Shown here one piece after another: positions 11,129 to 24,800 of a stretch of 61,254 nucleotides of DNA (positions are counted from its first letter, which is position 1; each line of letters opens with the position of its first letter). Origin of the DNA: Patescibacteria group bacterium UBA6263 (GTDB lineage Bacteria > Patescibacteriota > Gracilibacteria > Absconditabacterales > Absconditicoccaceae); NCBI GenBank assembly GCA_002441085.1, contig DJVF01000011.1, positions 4,514 through 65,767 on the forward strand, in the 5' to 3' direction. Below the pieces are notes generated by a model. The model had not been told where the DNA came from. It saw only the letters and a list, made by a program, of their open reading frames with translations, and did no database searches. A program made the position numbers and the translations under genes.

Positions 11129-12685
11129 ATGAAAAAAAACAAAATTTATTTTATTATATTTGCTTTTCAATTTGTGTCGATGTTTGTATCTTTTGCTATT
11201 GCTCAAGAAGAGTCAGTAGCTTTGGATTGTTGAGATTCTCCGGCTATTTGTTCAATAGCTCCTAGAGAATTCTTGAACTATGTGAATTTTACAAGAGAGA
11301 TGCTTTTGGCTCTAAAAGATGCAAAGAAGCCCTATAAACAGGTATTGGAATTTTCTAGCATAGGGGGATTGTTTTCTAATCAGATTTTGGAAATCCCTTG
11401 AGAGAACAAAAATTTATTAGAAAAAATGGTGAGTGGTGTGGCAGAGTGAATAAGTAGGAGAATATCTAGAGCTTGGTGAGTCGCTGATATATTATCTACT
11501 TTGACTTATACATCTTACAAAGATGTGATATGACTATCTATATTGTTTCAATCCAAACCTATAGTGAGAGATTGGAAGACATTATTGGATCTAGAAACAG
11601 AAATCAATCAATCGATTTATGAAATGTCTTTGACTGGTTTGTTTGATGAGATTATATCAGACCAAACAAAAATTAATAATATTATCAATAAATACATCCA
11701 AGAAAATCCTTTTCTTGCTACTGGTAGCTCTATATCTCCAGAAACTAAATATAAAGATGTTTTGCATATTTTGATTAGAATAAATTGAGCTATGAAAACT
11801 TTTTTACCTTATAGTAAAATATCTCAATTTGATGAGTTTAGTAGATGAAAACAATGAGAAATATATTTGAAATTCAATCCTGAGGTTATGAGTGATATGA
11901 AAGATGCTTATGCTTGTGGTAGATTTTTTAAATGTAGTAGCCCTGGAAAAGATTTTGTATCTAATTTAAAGAAAGTTTTATGATCGTTTATGGATTGATG
12001 ATCCAGATCGTGGACTGTTATAAAAGATGCAAATATTAGATTATCAGAATCTATTAAATGAATATCACAGGCAAAATTGACCAAAAAGTCTGCATGAGAA
12101 GAATATCTCACTGATACAGAAATAGAATTGCTGAGGAGTGTGTATGGTATAGATACGAGCAAATTGACTAAACAACAATGAATATCATTGAGGGATGTAT
12201 TGAGCGTATCTCTTAAAAAAAAATCTACTAAAGATTTTGTATGACCACCTACACAACAAGAGCGAGAAGCTGCTCAATCCAAAGCTGAAGAAAAAGAAGC
12301 TAGAAAAAAAGCTGCTGAACAAAAAAAAGCAGATAGAGAAAAATTAAAAGCAAATGCTGATCTATTGGAAGCTTCTATAAATCAATGAGACGCAGATAAA
12401 TATATAAAACTCAATTTAACTTTGATCGATAGTATTGAAGATACTATAAAAATTGTTGATTCACAGCAGCAAAAAAATTTACTAATGTTATCATCTAATG
12501 ATACTGCAGGATATTTACATCTATATACTCTAATTGGTAATAATATACGTAAGGTGATAGATATAATATGAACAAAGGATAAAAATATAGTCAAAAATCT
12601 AGGTAATGTATGTGAGATCCAATGTTCAAATAAATGAGTAGATGGATGTTTTGCTCCATTGGGGAGCAATGAAATAAATCAATAG
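11129..12685 (+). CDS. secreted hypothetical protein (518 aa)
   Basis: Signal peptide MKKNKIYFIIFAFQFVSMFVSFAIAQE. The frame is continuous with TGA=Gly. It has a K/E coiled-coil segment (about 12290-12360) and several Cys residues. Confidence 0.6.
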
Positions 12686-12733
12686 CTAAATATTATATTG
12701 TAAAAAATGTTTATTAATTATTGTTTAATATAA

Positions 12734-13921
12734 ATGAAAAAACTATTATCAAAAATTATATTCTGAATTATAAATCTGATTATGTGGATATCTTTTTGAT
12801 ATAGTTTGGATAATTTACCTTTTGATCCTTCAATTTATTCTGAAGAAATAGCTGTCTCTTTGCCAGAAAAACCATCTCAAACAATGAAATGAGTAATATA
12901 TGATTATTGTAAAAGTGTATTAAATAATTCTGTAGCTTGATTGACTATTGCTGCTGAAAATTCTTACTATTCAGCAAAAGATTCTGCTTTTGTTTACTTG
13001 ATTTGTCATAATATTAGCTCTGATTTTGATTTTATTTTTGAATCTGAATCTAATGCTAAATTTACTTGATGATCTGATTGATATTTTTTGAAGACATCTT
13101 TTAAAGATTTGTGAATAATCAATTATAGTAATGATAATGATATTGATTATTGTGATCCAAATTCTAGTTTGGGTTCTAGTTTGAGATATTGTGATCTGAC
13201 TTATCATATTCCTAGAGTATTTGATGCTTTATTGAATGATATTTTTTCTATTCAACAGGCTAGAATATATGGACTGACAGATCCAAGTTTTGAAAAAATA
13301 ATCGAAACTCAAATAGATCAATATGCATTAGATAAATTTGCAATAAAATTTTGTGATCCTACTGAATGAAAATATCCAAAACTTTGCAAGACTATGAAAA
13401 ACTATGTCATGTGATCTGCCAAGCTTTTGAAATGATTGGAAATCATGAATTATAATAATTTAAATACAACAGGCGATGATTGTAAAGAATCTTATAAGAA
13501 ATATGGATATGATGTCTTGCGCTGTGGTTTATTTGAACCGTGATTTGAATTGAAACGTAGTTATATCAATCTGGTTTATAATGAATTTTTGTATTATGCT
13601 TTGTTTGTGAGATATTATAATAATGCTATACGACAAAATAATGGTTTAGCTCCTTTGGAATATCATAAAAATTCTGAGTTGGCTAGTAGCTATCTAATCA
13701 ATCAAGCTTATGAGTTCAATAGAGCGGTCAATGCTAGTCAAAAGGCAATATCTTTGTCTATGAAAATGTTGAATGAATTGAATTTTACATTTCCTTTACA
13801 TGTGGGATTTATGATGTATCAAGAGGATTTGTTGAATTTGAGAGATAAAAGTTTGTATAAAATAGTGACTCCGCTTTATACTTTATATTGAAAACTTAGA
13901 AATGTACAGACAGATAAATAA
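12734..13921 (+). CDS. secreted/membrane-anchored hypothetical protein (395 aa)
   Basis: N-terminal hydrophobic segment, continuous frame, multiple Cys residues. Confidence 0.6.
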
Positions 13922-15884
13922 TTTTATAAAGTTTATTTATATTATATGAGTTTGGTGACTTGGTGTTTTTGTTGTACAATGATGATATATATGAGACTTT
14001 TTGGCTGAGGTTAATGCTAAATTGACAGATGAAAATTATATCAGTAATATATGATGAAAAGCAATTGTGAGTGATTTGTATTACAAATCTTTGAATGTAT
14101 CTAGAACAAATGAAGTATCTGCAATGGATAATGCAATCAATATGAGTTTGTCTCATATGAAAAAGGAAAAAGCTTCTTGTGAGTTGACCAAAAGCGATAT
14201 GTTGAATATTTTGTATTTTTCTAATAACAGTTTCAAAAGATCTTTTAAACAAAATATTAGCAATCATTATACTATCAAACCTGAATATCCCAATGATGCA
14301 GATTATTTGAAATCTTGTCATGTGTTTATGTCATGTCTTTATGATATTTATGACTATAAGGATAGTCCATATATCACCAAAACTTGTTCCAATAAAGCTA
14401 ATGAACTATATTTAAATATGTATACAAACTTCAATAGTATAAATACTTTTGATCAAATCAATCTTGGCGATGATTTGTTTTGGAATGGTAAAATAGATGA
14501 TGCTGACTATGATTTATTATATGATATCAATATTGTAGGTAAAATTTTGTTTGAAGTTGTCAAAGATCCTCCAGAAGTGCTGTATTATCAGATGCCTACT
14601 GTAGATAGTTTGCCTAATTATCAAGTTTACACTCCTTATAATCTTGAAATAGATTGGTACTCTCCATATAATCCTTGAGATTTTGAAAGTGGTACTTCTT
14701 GAGCAACAAGTTGAACTAATACGAATTGATGATCAGTGATTGATCCTGAATATATTTTGAATGATGATACTAATATTGTCTTTGATGAATGAATATTTGA
14801 TGAAGAATTGGAAAACTTTTTGTGAAAGACAGCTTCAAGTTCATACTCCAAAAATTTGGAAGATCAAAGTAACTTTTTGAATTGAAATATATGTGTTATT
14901 GAAAACCAACCTGAATCATCACAACAAGAAATATCTACTTGATTGGAAGTCCAAGAGTATCTAGAACAAATATTGGAAGAAATAAGTATAAATACACAAT
15001 GAGCAACTACATCTATAACAACATGAAACTATAGTTTTGTTGGATGAGAATCAGTAGAATTGACCTGAGATAAAAATGAAGTATTGCAAGATATATATGA
15101 ACAAGTAGAGAGTTTGGCAAATATAGATGAGCCTGATTCTCAGAAGGCTATACAATCGTGTATAGATAAGTGTGCTGGATTGTCTATAGCTGACAAAGCT
15201 ATATGTATAGTCAAATGTACTTGTACTGAGTTTGCTAGTCCTGCATTTGCACATACTTCTTATGGTGATATAGTCAAAGCATGAGCATTCAAAGTCAAGT
15301 TTTGTATGGTCCCTGTCCAAAATCGTGGATTTTCTAAAAATGGCAAAACAGCTTACAGTATAGAGGAAATATATAATGAAATTCTTTCTATATTAGTTGG
15401 TCTTAGAAATTCTGGAGAATTACTTGTAAGCAAAAAAACTAAAGAGTTTCTAGAGAGTTCTACAACAAAAAATAAATTTTCTAAAATATTTTCTTTTAGT
15501 ATAAGCTCATCTTTGAAATCATTGTTTGATAATGAACCACTAGAGATTCAAAAAAGAACAGAAGAAATATTTGTAGATAATCTACAAAAAAGTGTGTTGT
15601 GCTATTGAGATAGTTTGGATTCTGCTGGAGAATCAAATAAATATATATCTATGACTGATCCTGCCAAAGAAATTGCTAAAGATGAAATAATTGATCAAAA
15701 TGCTTTAGCTTTTGCTATATGTCAGTATACCAATCCAGTTGCTGAACTACAAGCAGATAGATTAATTAATTTTAGTTATTTGATTCATAATTTTTTGAGA
15801 ATACATGTTTCATTTTGGGAAGATGTGATAGTTTTGATGCAAAATTTTAATCAGACTTCTCAAGTACTTAGCAAAAAAGGTTAG
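13902..15884 (+). CDS. membrane-anchored hypothetical protein (660 aa), Cys-containing
   Basis: ATG at 13902 overlaps the upstream gene by 20 nt. It has the anchor FIKFIYIIGVWGLGVFVV and a Cys cluster CIDKCAGLSIADKAICIVKCTCTEF. TAG stop at 15882-15884. Confidence 0.6.
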
Positions 15885-16031
15885 TCTGGTATTGTTTGAT
15901 TTTTCTTATGGTAAGGAAAATTATTTTGGAACAAGATTAAAAGTAGAATCAAACTCATCCAACTGGAGATATGGTACATGTCGAATGGTTGTTTATAAAA
16001 AGCATGATTGTTAAACTTACTAATTTACAAT

Positions 16032-16063
16032 AAAGCTCCTGTTATTTTGACAGGAGTTTTTTT
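16032..16063. terminator. intrinsic terminator between convergent genes
   Basis: Stem CTCCTG / CAGGAG followed by a T-run. Confidence 0.6.
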
Positions 16064-16078
16064 ATAAAAAAATAATTA

Positions 16079-16921
16079 TTATTCTGTGGTTATTGTTATA
16101 TTTTGGTATGGTATAGAGATTCAGTATTCTTTGAAAATTTTATGTAATTTTATCCTAAGAGATGATGCCATTACAAATTTTGTTCTTCATCACTGGGGAT
16201 CATAAAAGAAAAATCATTTAAATTGTATTCAACGATAGTCTCGTCATTGGACAAATACATTTGTATATTCTTTGTATAATATCTTATCTTCTCAGTTTAT
16301 GGTTTTGGTAAGTAGGTCTTTGATTTGATTGATATCTATATGACGAGGTAAGATAAATTCAATTTCTCATCTTATGAGTGGTTCAGATTTTAATGTTTTG
16401 ATAGGTGTAGCTGCTAATTTCATATTAGGGACAACGACTCTTCTTTTATCTATAGTTTTGACTACTGTATATCTAATATTGATTTCATCTATAGTCCCTA
16501 CTATTTTTAGCGATCAGGTCATCTCTACGAAATCTCATAATTTTACTTTTTTGTTGGTTAGTATCATAACTCCAGAAACCATATTGCCAATAGTTGTTTC
16601 CATGGCAAATCATATACCAAGTGATAATCATCACATGAGTATAGCTACATCAAATCACATTATTCCAAATATAATCAATACGTTGAATATCATTAATCAT
16701 ATAAATATCATATTTCATATGAGATTGGATATTTTTTTGGTATATTTTTCGTCTGATTGAGTGGAGTTCCTTTCTATTCTAGCTTTGATTCTTTGGGTTA
16801 TCCATTTGATTAATATCCGTATCAATAAAAATGTTATTAAAGTAAGAAAAATTTTTCAGCTTATATATAGCCAATTTTCAGAGATATAATTCAACATTGT
16901 CTGTAATAGTTGCTTTATCAT
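16079..16921 (-). CDS. MscS-family mechanosensitive channel (280 aa)
   Basis: GGLSLGIGFAMETTIGNMVSGVMIL, LGDFVEM..GTIDEINIRYTVVKTIDKRRVVVPN. Confidence 0.85.
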
Positions 16922-17823
16922 TGTTGTGTATTTAGATTATTGAAAGTTGTTGTTTTGTCTTTTTGATTCTCAAATGTGAGAGTAACCATATTGTATGGTA
17001 TTTGTATTCCGTTTTGTTTGAAAGCATTATTTATTTTTTCATTGATAGCTCATATCGCATAGTCTGTCAATAATCCACATTTGGGATCAAAACAGAATAA
17101 TCATTTGAGATCGATTGAACTAGCTCCAAAGTTTGTCACAAAAACTTTTGTATTTTCTTTTTCTTTTACAAATTCAAAACTATTTATTGCATCTATTATT
17201 ACTTGTATGGCTTGTGATACATCTGAATCATAATGTATTCATATTATAAAATTGAGTTTTACCAGGTCTTCTGAACTAAAAGTTTTGATAGGGACAGATA
17301 TTAGTGTCATGTTTGGTATAATAACTTCTCTTAGATCCAAAGTTCTTATGATTGTATATCTGATTGTAATTTCTTCTATTCTACCAAAATATACTTGATC
17401 AGCATTGATTTCTACTATATCTCAAAGTTTGAATTCTTTGGTATAAAGTACCATGATTCATGCTATCATGTTTCATAATATTTCTTTGAATGCCAATCAG
17501 ACACCAAATGATACTCATCACAATATCAATCATACATTAAATCACATTATCTCAAATCCTATAAATAATGAAAAAATTACCATTACATAAAAGACTATAT
17601 TTCATATCAATGATGCTATTTTATCTATATGTTTGCTATCTGTTATAGAATCATTTTTTAATATATTTCTTTTGACTATTCATGCTACTATCTTGGATAT
17701 CAATAGCATTATAACTATTGCTATCACTCATCAAAAGATTTTTATAATGTAAAATCGTATTTGATCTCATTGTATTCAAAATATATTTATTGATGATTCG
17801 AGATTGTTTGTTTCTCAGTTCAT
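16915..17823 (-). CDS. MscS-family mechanosensitive channel (302 aa, tandem paralog)
   Basis: GGVSFGVGLAFKEILGNMIAGIMVL, LGDIVEI..GRIEEITIRYTIIRTLDLREVIIPN. Its stop overlaps the downstream start by 7 nt. Confidence 0.85.
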
Positions 17824-18012
17824 TGGGATAGGATATTGATTAAAATCTAACTTTATTATAGTCTAAAACCGTTTAAAATCCAAAAATTTGTTTTATTTGC
17901 ACTATCAGTTATTGACATTGTTTGTTTTTATTTGTGTAGTATGTGTTTTACCGTTGTTTTTAATAGTTTTTTGTTTATTTTTAGATGCTATTTTATATTT
18001 TAATTTTGTTAA

Positions 18013-19473
18013 ATGGAACAGAAGATGGATTATTTTACCAAGAAAATGAATGAGACAGTATACAAACCAAAAAAGTCTTTAAATCCAAAAAAGAAATGAG
18101 TCTCTTATTCAACTTTTTTTATAATACTTGTGACCGTTGTTGTATTGATGTTTATACTATTTCAAAAGTATGATAATATAAAAAACATATTTAGTACAAA
18201 TACTTGAAGTTTGGTGGAAGTGCTGGATTCTCAATATACGATATGACAGTCTGTCAATTTTTCTTGAAAAATGTTTTCTGATTGAGATTTGATTTCTTAT
18301 ACACATACGATCAATACTCTTGAATGAGAAGTCTTTGGTTTGAAAAGTAGAACTATTGATTTGGGATCTTACAATGGCGATATTGAGATATATTGAAAAA
18401 TAGAAAAGATTGTTTGAGATATTTTTATAATAGAGGTAGATAATATAAGTGGAAGTGTTGTATCAAAAATAGAAAATATTGTTTCTACATGACAATATAT
18501 ACCTCAGGCCTGAATATTTTTTGATAAAGAATTTTTTGTCAGTTATTCTATAGATAGTATATCCAACTCCAATATAGTTGTTAGGAGCTTAGACAATAAT
18601 CAGCTTATAGATATATCTTATTTTAAATGCAATACAGCTAATCCTGATCAAAATTGTCGTATATTAAATGATACATTTTCAAAATCTGCAGATAAAGATT
18701 TTACAACTTCCAAGTCTGTAAGTTTTTATAAATTACAATCTATAAATTCTTGGTATTTTGCAAATGATATTGTGTTTTGATATTTTATAAATGATGTACC
18801 AGAATCTGAATTGATTAAACTTTCAGATTACATTATACTGATTAATAGATCTTATGTAAATAATTATGTAATATCTAATATTTGAAATATTTGTGCAAAA
18901 TGAGATATCAAATTGGAGAATCCATCTTATGAAATAAAAGCAGAAGGCAATAATTTGATGTTGTATGTTAAATGAACTTATATTTCGTGAAATGTTTTTT
19001 GCGATTTATTTTTGGATCCCTTGTCTATATGAAATGTAGTCTTGAAAGAATTTAGATTACAAGAATCCAAAGAATCTCCTGTTGCTCAATGAACCATTTT
19101 GGATCGAGATCCAAATGTTAAACAATTTCCTATAAATCTGGAAAACCCTTTAGAATTTAATTCTAGTACGAGATGATATAAAATACTTTTCCCTTCAATG
19201 AATATTTCATTTGCTGCAACTAATGTAGAAAATGATTTTTGACAGTTGTGAGTAAATTGTTTTACTCAAATGAACGTAGTTAGTTATCCAAATAAAGAAA
19301 ATATAAATATAAATCCTGCTATAAAAATATATGAATGTAATATAAAAGACCTATTTGAAGAGTCAGATAAAATGATTTTGAGAACTATAGATGATAGAAG
19401 TTTTGTTATAGAGATTGTAGATCCTGCATGGATAGAGTTTTCAAACAATATTGATATACAATTAACTCCTTAA
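18013..19473 (+). CDS. membrane-anchored hypothetical protein (486 aa)
   Basis: N-terminal TM (FFIILVTVVVLMFILF). Continuous frame with TGA=Gly and a TAA stop. Confidence 0.55.
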
Positions 19474-19494
19474 ATTTTATATATTTATGTTTTT

Positions 19495-20196
19495 ATGCAG
19501 TTATTTATCTGTGATTTTGAGTTAAAAAAAAATAATATTGTGATAGAGGATGAGTCTATTTTATATCAACTTAGAAATGTCCTTAGATCTAAGATATGAT
19601 ATAGTTTTTTTGTACAAAAAAAATTGGATCCAAAATGTAGATATGAAGTAAAAATCTTAGATTGGGATAATAAAAAACTTATATGATCTGTTGTCAGTAT
19701 TATAGATAGAGTTTTTTTTGATGGGTTTAGGGGAATGATTGTAGCTATGCCAAATAAACGAGATAAAATAGAAATAATAGTTCAAAAGCTTAGCGAGCTT
19801 TCTATTTCTGAAATAATATTTTGGCCATCAGATAGATCTGTAATCAAAAATTTTAATACCAAAAAATATGATAGATTAAATAAAATATCTAAAGAAGCAG
19901 TAGAACAATCTTGGTGATGGATATTGCCAGAAATAAGGTTTGTAGATCAGTTGAAAAGCATTCTTTGAAATAAGAAATTTATTATTTTTGATAAAAAAGA
20001 AAATACAATTAAACAATTAAGCAAAGCTGATTTGGTATCAATTTATTGATTAGTATGACCAGAATGATGATTGACGGATAAAGATTATCAAAGTTTTGGT
20101 AATAATTTTGAAATTAGACATCTTGGAAACACTATTTTGAGAACTGAAACTGCTGCAATAGTTTGAGCTTGGAATATTGTAAATGATAAATTATAA
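19495..20196 (+). CDS. rsmE: 16S rRNA (uracil1498-N3)-methyltransferase
   Basis: IVQKLSELSISEIIFW, KISKEAVEQSWG, YGLVGPEGGLT, LGNTILRTETAAI. Confidence 0.85.
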
Positions 20197-20252
20197 ATTG
20201 AAAAACACTTTTTTATTATTAGTATGTTTTTGTTTAAAAATTAAGACAATTT

Positions 20253-21590
20253 ATGAAAGAATTTATTAAAAATATAATATCTTATGATAAGATATACAGC
20301 GTTGTAAAGACTAGTTTTTTGTATCAAGCATGGAAAAGATTTATATGACATATGGCAAATTTTATCTATTGATATCCATCAAAAGATTTTTTTATTATTT
20401 GAGTGACGTGAACCAATTGAAAAACAACTACAGTTAATATTATACACAAAATGTTGAATGATACTGTATGACCAACAGTTATGATTAGTACAGCTGTCAT
20501 AAAAATTGCTAATCAAGAAATTGTAAATGAAAAAAAAATGACGTCTCTTGATGTTTTTGATTTGCAATCGATATTGGCAACAGCTAAATCTAAATGATGC
20601 AAAATAGCTGTTTTGGAAGTTTCTTCTCATGGTATAGATCAATATAGATTTGAATGAATTGATTTTGATTTTGCTATGATAACCAATTTGACTCATGATC
20701 ATTTGGACTATCACTGAAATTTTAATAATTATATAAATGCAAAAAAGAAGCTATTTAAGTCTGTTTTGAAAAATAAAAAAACAGATAAATATGCAGTTTT
20801 TTCTGCAGATGATAAAATATCTAGACAACGATCTGAGTCTATGTCTTTTGATAAAAAAATTACTTTTGGAATAAATAATTCTGCTGTATTGAAAGCTGAA
20901 AATATAATAGAATCTATGGATGGTACAGAGTTTGATGTGATATATCTATGAAAACCTTATCATGTATCTACACATCTTCCTGGTGCTTATAATGTCTATA
21001 ATATTCTTTGAGCAATTAGTGTCGCTGTACACATATGATTGGATATAGATCAAGCAATTTTGTCTATTGAGTCTTTTGGTTGAGTATCTGGTAGAATGGA
21101 GTCTGTAGAAAAAGACTGAATAAATTATTTTGTTGATTTTGCACATACTCCTGATGCTTTGGAAAAAACTCTGACATTTTTGAAAAATATAAAAGGAGAT
21201 TGAAGATTGATTGTAGTTTGGTGAGCTCCTGGCAATAGAGATAAATTGAAAAGACCAGAAATGTGAAGTATAGTTTATAATTATTGTGATGTTATGATAG
21301 CTACAGATGATGATCCCGATACTGAGAATAGAATACAAATTATTGATCAATTGACTGAAAAGATAAGAGATTTTGATAACAAATCAAAAGAATTATATAT
21401 AATACCAGAAAGATATTTTGCTATAAAATTTGCTACTGAAGTTGCAAAAAAGTGAGATTTGGTAATGTTTGCTGGTAAGTGACATGAAACTGTACAGCTT
21501 ACAAATTTTTGAAAAAAGAAATGGAATGACAAAGATATCTTATTAGAAATATTAGGCTCTAATAAAGATAATAAGAATTTAAATTCATAA
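20253..21590 (+). CDS. murE: UDP-N-acetylmuramoyl-L-alanyl-D-glutamate ligase MurE (short N-terminal domain)
   Basis: GVTGTNGKTTT, LEVSSHG, TNLTHDHLDYH, DFAHTPDAL, GAPGNRDKLKRPEMG, ATDDDPDTEN, GKGHE. Confidence 0.9.
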
Positions 21591-21791
21591 ATTTCAAATT
21601 ATTTGTATGTTTATATTATAGTTACTTATATTTTTTATTTAAGTAAGTTTTTTGTGTGTTTTGCTTTGTTTAAGATAAATTTAGGCATAAATGATTTAAT
21701 AAATATTTGATTATTGAAACTTTTAAAGATCAAAAACTATATATCTTTTGTTATAAAACGTAAGACCTATTTGGATTTATGATTGGTTTTT

Positions 21792-21820
21792 TTGACAAAA
21801 TGTTGTTTTTAGCTTATAAT
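21792..21820 (+). promoter_or_regulatory. sigma70-type promoter candidate (TTGACA-N17-TATAAT)
   Basis: Both hexamers match the consensus exactly with 17-nt spacing, 29 nt upstream of the ATG at 21849. AT-rich DNA produces such matches by chance fairly often. Confidence 0.4.
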
Positions 21821-21848
21821 TGAATGTGTTTTATTATTTTGAGGATTT

Positions 21849-24800
21849 ATGACAATATCTCTTGAGCAGTGTCAAAATATGCTTGCTAATCAACTTGTGC
21901 AAGATTTTTCGCAACAACAAAATATATCTAAACTAACTACATCTGCTTGGTGAAAAAATAAAGCAGATTGTATTTCTGTAATGTGATGACTAGGTAAAAT
22001 ACAATCTTCGATTGCTCAAATACAACAGGATCATAAAAGTGGAACTTTGGTCCTAGAAGAAACTAATAATTCATATTTTGAAACTACAGAAACTGTATCT
22101 AAAAATAATATAGAAAGTGATATTTGATTGTTTGGGGTTTCTTTCAACCAGATTGGTAATTCTATTTTCATTTGAATATTATCTTTGATTTTTGTGTACT
22201 TGATATGGAATGTTGTAAGATATGGATTGAGATATATTTATTCGTTTGTGAATGAAAACAGATTTGTGTATTTAAAGGTTATTTTACCAAAATGAGATGA
22301 TAAATTGTGACGTGAACAATCCAAAGAACTAGCTAAAGATATGAAAGAAAAAATATGACGTATGTCACAAGTTTATATGCATTTCCATAAAGTGAAGGAA
22401 TTAAGTACACGAGACACTATGATGTATACTCTTTTTTCTAAACAAAAGATAATTATGATGTATCATTATGAATGATGAACTTTAAATTTTATAGTATGAA
22501 CATTCCCAGAATATATGAAAGTAGTAGAATGAGCTATATCTTCACAATTTTCAGATTGTTCAATAGAGAGTGTAAAAAAACCAAATTTTTTCTCCAAAAA
22601 ATATAGCGATATAACAGTGCTAGAGCCAAAAAAAGATCCAATATATACAATAAAGATGTTTAAGTTGATGCCAGATGATCCTATAAATAATATTATAGAT
22701 GCTATAGCTAAGGTACAAACTACCGATACAGTTACTATTTTGATGCCGATAAAACCTGTATGATCAAAGTTTAATGAGAAAATGAAAAAATTTGCTGATA
22801 GACTTTATAAAAATCTTGATATTAAAGATACTCCTTGGTGGCATTATATTTTTATGCCATGGAAAATATTTGGATTTCTCTTTTTTTGACCATCAAAAAA
22901 ACTTTTAGCTTGATCGTCTGGTGATGCTGATAATGTTACAATGGTACGTATGGTAAAATCAAAAGAAGATGCTATGAACGCTATATGAGAAGAAGCATGA
23001 TTGCCAGTTTTTAGATCGTGATTGATGTTGATTACATCATCTGATTCTAAATTAAACGTAGATTCTAATATAGATAATCTTGTCAGTGCCTATAATATTT
23101 ATTGAGATGAATATTCCAATCAACTTGATGAAGCACTTACCAAACATGATATGTTTTGATTTATTTTTAGGCCACTTTGGGCTATAGCTGCAAGATTTTA
23201 TTTGACATGATTTTTTTTCAAATATGCTTATTTTTCTGTAAATCAGTTAACATCCTTATTCCATTTCCCTGATTGACTATACAATCGTTCTACTATAATT
23301 GAATGGATGCAATATAAAGTATTGGCGGCTCCTTCTGATTTGCCAAATATGTCTTTAGATCTTGAAAATGGTTATGTGATGTGATGATTGTTGGCAGAAA
23401 AATATAAGGATTGAAAACTTTCAAAAATTTTGGAATCTGATTATAGAGATCATCGAGCTATTGGTAATTGAAATTCAAAAGAAGAAGTATTGAAGCCTAT
23501 AGAAGAATATAAATGAGAATCTATTGAGTGAAAAGAAATAATAGAAAAAAACTGAAAAAAGTTTGTTAAAACATATAAGGAGATATCTTATACTTGATAT
23601 AAACTTTATAAAAATTGAGTTTTGTTGTGAGTAAATATATATAGAAACTCTCTAACTCCAGTATATATGAAAAGAGATGATAGGACAAGGCATTATTATT
23701 GTATATGAAAATCGGGTACATGAAAATCTGTATTTTTACAAACTTTAGCTAGGCAAGATATTTGGAATGGTGATTGAATATGTTTGATTGATCCTCATGG
23801 AGATTTGGCCGAAGATGTATTGGCATATATACCAAAAGAAAGAGCTAAAGATGTCGTATATTTTGATGCTTGAGATGAAGATAGGCCTATGTGATTGAAC
23901 TTATATGAGATAAATAACCTTGATGAAGCAGACAGGGTAGTAAATGATGCTACAGAAATATTTATCAAAATGTTTGGTCCTGAAATATTTGGTCCTAGAA
24001 TACAAGAATATTTTAAATATGGAAGTCTGACTTTGTTGGAAGATTTTGATGATAGACCAACTCTTTTGGATGTTGTAAGATTGTTTACGGATGAATGATA
24101 TAGAGAATATAAAGTCAAAAAAGTGACAAATCCTGTAGTCAGAAATTGGCGAGAAAAAACATTTAATGCTATGTGAGATAGAGAAAAACAAGAAATTATA
24201 CCATATTTTTCTGCTAAATTTGTATCTTTTAATACCAATAGACTTATTAGAAATATTATATGACAGACAAAATCAGCATTTAAGTTTGATGATGTGATGG
24301 ATAATAGAAAGATATTGATTATAAATCTCAGTAAGGGTAAAATATGAGAAATGAATGCTCAATTGCTGGGTATGATTATTGTGTCCAAGATATATACTGC
24401 TGCTATGTGAAGAGCTAGAATGGATGAAAAGGATAGAAAAGATTTTTATTTGTACGTGGATGAATTCCAAAATTTTGTATCTTGAACTTTTGCAGATATC
24501 CTTTCTGAGGCTAGAAAGTATAGATTGTGTCTGATAATGGCTCATCAATATATTGCTCAATTGGATCCTCCTAAGTGACTTGGAGATTCTGGATGATGAA
24601 AAAATGATGTTAAAGCTGCTGTCTTTGGTAACGTCTGAACTATGCAATCATTTAAAGTCTGAGCGCCAGATGCTGAATTTCTTGAAAAAGAATATGCTCC
24701 TGTACTTTGATGACAGGATATTGTTGGTATAGCTAATTACAAAGCTTATATAAAACTAAATATAAACAATTCTACAACTCGTGTTTTTAGTATGAATATG

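Noticed and set aside
15892-16017. A small 42-codon ORF (TTG start) in the spacer after the 13902-15884 gene.
   Set aside because: It has no ATG and no recognisable motif. It is short and lies immediately upstream of a terminator, so there is insufficient support to call it.
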